From positions 1,088 to 65,087 of the forward strand of contig DASXRE010000287.1 of assembly GCA_036506775.1 (NCBI GenBank): a DNA stretch of 64,000 nt, given 5' to 3'. Under the pieces are notes generated by a model that worked only from the letters and a program-made list of their open reading frames with translations, had not been told where the DNA came from and did no database searches. Made by a program: the position numbers and the translations under genes. Shown here piece by piece: positions 61,989-64,000 of this stretch (positions are counted from its first letter, which is position 1; the number at the start of each line of letters is the position of its first letter). The DNA is from Pyrinomonadaceae bacterium. Its GTDB lineage: Bacteria > Acidobacteriota > Blastocatellia > Pyrinomonadales > Pyrinomonadaceae.

Positions 61989-63819
61989 TCACATCTCCGA
62001 TTACATCCGGTTTGGTGCTGTCGCGCTCGAGATGCGGGTATCGCTCTCCTTCGTGGTAGTTCACCTTGTACGTCTCGTTGAAACTACCGTTTTCAACGAC
62101 CAACTCAATCGGCGCGGCGCTGTTTTTCGCTGAAGCAATAGCTTCGTGGAGCACGTCAGTGGACCACGCGCGGCCATTTACGGAAACTATTTTCATTCCC
62201 GGCGCCATCCCCGCCTTGAACGCCGCGAGGTTCGGATTGACGTCCATCACCGTCCCGTCTTCTTTCAGTAACGCGCCGAGCGAATACGACAGGTCCACGC
62301 TCTTGCGCGCGTGATCGGCTATTCGAATTTCCGTGTTCGGTTTATCTGTATAAACAAGCTTCCAACCGCCATCGGTGATGCCGGCGACAGGCGCGTGCGG
62401 ATTGATCGCGTTTATTCGCGCATTCAGGAAACTGCGCCAATCGTAAGGCATGACTTCGTTGAGTGCGTTTACTATGTCGTCGAACGTGTAAGGCTTGACC
62501 GCAGGGCCCGTCTCCTGGCCGCCATGAAATCGCCGGCAGAAATCGTCGAGCGAGAGCTTCCCGTTGCTTCGCGTTCTGATTAGCACATCAGCTTCCAGCC
62601 AAATCAGTGAACCTTCGTCGTAGTAATCAACCCGACGACGATAGTTCATCCAGGCGCGCGGAGAGGGGTACGTAAATTGGACCGCTGTTGCTGTGTCAAC
62701 GAGCGGACGCCATTGGCGGCCCGACTGGTTTTCCATCTCCGCCGCAACGGCGGCCATTGCTTCGCGAAAGTTTTCCGGAGACCAAAGACCGCTGCGCGCC
62801 GGCAAGACTTTGCCAAGATACTGTGTCAGTCCTTCATAAACCCACAACAATTCGCCGCGCATCGGCTGTTCAAAATCAGGTGTCGCCAGACCAACCGAAC
62901 GGCGATACTTGCCATTCCACGAATGCGCGTATTCATGGCCCATTAACTCAGCGAAGTCGAGCAGTTCGAGCTCATCGCTGAACGCTTTTTCGCCGACACC
63001 ATCTTCGCTCGATTCGTGATGCTCCAGTCCTTCGCCCCCGCCGTGATCGCTCAGCGTCACGAGAAACTTGTACTTGCTGTAATGGCGTGCGCCGAACAAC
63101 GCGTAGGCTTGCTGGACGAGTGCTTTCAGGCCTGTCAACGTCTCTGACTTGATTTCGAGCGCTGAAGTGGTGTCGGCCATGACGTCGAGCTCGTGCTTGA
63201 CGCTTGAGACGTTCAGCGCAAACTGCTGGAAGTTCGCGCCGATAATTGCAGGAGAGTCCACCAGTTCTGTAAGAGAGACTTCTTTGAATTGCAGCTCATC
63301 CTTGTTCTGATTCATGACGGACAAGACCGATGCAAATTTCCATCCCGCCGGTAGCTTCAGAGACGCTGTGACGTTGATCGCATCGCTGTTCATCCCTTCC
63401 GGGTAAACGAGCAAACGATTCCACTTGATGCGTGCGAGCTTCGCACTCGCAGTTGTTTCCGGTTGCGAAACGTCATCGAAGGCGACGTCGAGAACAGATA
63501 CTCCTTGCGGGATGTCGCAATGAAAGGCAAACATTTCCACGTCATCACGCTGCCACGCGATCGTTTTACCGCTCGCACTTAGCTTCAGTCCAACGAGATC
63601 GTTGATTGGGCCGGTAGGACTGTGTTCGCCGGGAATCCACTTTGGGTAGAACAGTGTCAGTGGTCCTGGTTTGACGGGAACGGCGAGTTTGCTGTGAATG
63701 ATGTTCCGCGCGGCGTCGGTAGCATCGACGTTGAGCGTCATTGCTGTCTGGGGGAGGACAGAAGAAACGCTGGCGAGAAACAGGATGATCGCGATGGAGA
63801 AGATTCGAATCGGTTTCAT
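61969..63819 (-). CDS. M61-family glycyl aminopeptidase with C-terminal PDZ domain
   Basis: Zinc motif HEYAHSWNGK (HExxH). PDZ-like GMAPGMKIVSVNGRAW. Start set at ATG 63819 (MKPIRIFSIAIILFLASVSS signal peptide) rather than 63885. Confidence 0.8.
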   Translation of the reverse strand: MKPIRIFSIAIILFLASVSSVLPQTAMTLNVDATDAARNIIHSKLAVPVKPGPLTLFYPKWIPGEHSPTGPINDLVGLKLSASGKTIAWQRDDVEMFAFHCDIPQGVSVLDVAFDDVSQPETTASAKLARIKWNRLLVYPEGMNSDAINVTASLKLPAGWKFASVLSVMNQNKDELQFKEVSLTELVDSPAIIGANFQQFALNVSSVKHELDVMADTTSALEIKSETLTGLKALVQQAYALFGARHYSKYKFLVTLSDHGGGEGLEHHESSEDGVGEKAFSDELELLDFAELMGHEYAHSWNGKYRRSVGLATPDFEQPMRGELLWVYEGLTQYLGKVLPARSGLWSPENFREAMAAVAAEMENQSGRQWRPLVDTATAVQFTYPSPRAWMNYRRRVDYYDEGSLIWLEADVLIRTRSNGKLSLDDFCRRFHGGQETGPAVKPYTFDDIVNALNEVMPYDWRSFLNARINAINPHAPVAGITDGGWKLVYTDKPNTEIRIADHARKSVDLSYSLGALLKEDGTVMDVNPNLAAFKAGMAPGMKIVSVNGRAWSTDVLHEAIASAKNSAAPIELVVENGSFNETYKVNYHEGERYPHLERDSTKPDVIGDVIRPLVR

Positions 63820-64000
63820 GGCCCTATTGAACCAAGAACCTGTGTGTCTCAACAAACGGCGGAACCCGCGTTTTATTGCGGGCAACCTGCTGATTCAGTC
63901 GGCGCGTAGCGCCGGTTGAGTTTAGCCCGGCGTTTCAACGCCGGGAAAACATGCGCACCAAACATTTCGAGTCGCTTTAGCGACGCCGGAAACGTCGCTA

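Noticed and set aside
1-64000. Search by eye for tRNA, rRNA, riboswitch-like leaders and cas genes
   Set aside because: Nothing convincing was found. Intergenic regions are short and mostly filled by the three repeat families. A covariance-model scan (tRNAscan-SE, Infernal/Rfam) would be needed to be certain.

Overview
Bacterial chromosomal window, fairly GC-rich by eye, with two visibly AT-richer islets (GC not computed). The gene content hints at an Acidobacteriota-like soil bacterium: a TolB-propeller Ser/Thr kinase, a CSLREA beta-helix protein, ECF41 and ECF42 sigma modules, and many palindromic intergenic repeats. The taxon cannot be proven from the sequence alone. Layout, left to right: (1) 0-10.4 kb: pectin/hexuronate utilisation locus (GH105, GntR regulator, GH43, eda, kdgK, ExuT-like MFS, SDR, NagB-like protein, uxaA), with two UxuR/ExuR-type palindromic operators in the divergent promoter. 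(2) 10.5-16.4 kb: secreted esterase and a 1495-aa BNR/cadherin-like surface protein. (3) 16.4-18.8 kb: AT-richer islet with a ParE toxin/antitoxin pair and a 536-aa protein whose C-terminus reads like a Shedu (DUF4263) PD-(D/E)xK nuclease. (4) 18.8-26.6 kb: ankyrin protein, S9 peptidase, DinB proteins, an ECF41 sigma factor with a CMD gene, and an ECF42 sigma factor with a DGPF/YciI gene. Both sigma modules have readable group-type promoters. (5) 26.6-29.8 kb: 1059-aa CSLREA/beta-helix/Calx-beta protein. (6) 32.5-37.6 kb: operon of a TolB-propeller Ser/Thr kinase, a clostripain (C11)-like protease carrying ten GQEGSKIA-type repeats, and a small membrane protein. (7) 37.7-47.8 kb: AKR, ABC-2 exporter, NicO/RcnA-type Ni/Co transporter, YceI, MarC, NupC, MDR dehydrogenase. 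(8) 47.9-58.3 kb: AT-richer defence/TA island with a McrA-like HNH nuclease, an N6/N4 DNA methyltransferase, an 884-aa GHKL ATPase fused to an Mrr-like nuclease, an MNT/HepT pair and a zeta-like kinase pair. (9) 58.3-64 kb: SRPBCC, DUF4440, MoaD-like Ubl with a BNR propeller, and an M61 peptidase. No rRNA, tRNA, CRISPR array, integrase or transposase was recognised. Three families of palindromic intergenic repeats are scattered through the window. The best candidate for an undescribed system is the methyltransferase + GHKL-ATPase/nuclease module (49.0-53.5 kb). The Shedu-like gene and the kinase-C11 operon come next. All domain calls come from reading motifs by eye; no database search was possible.
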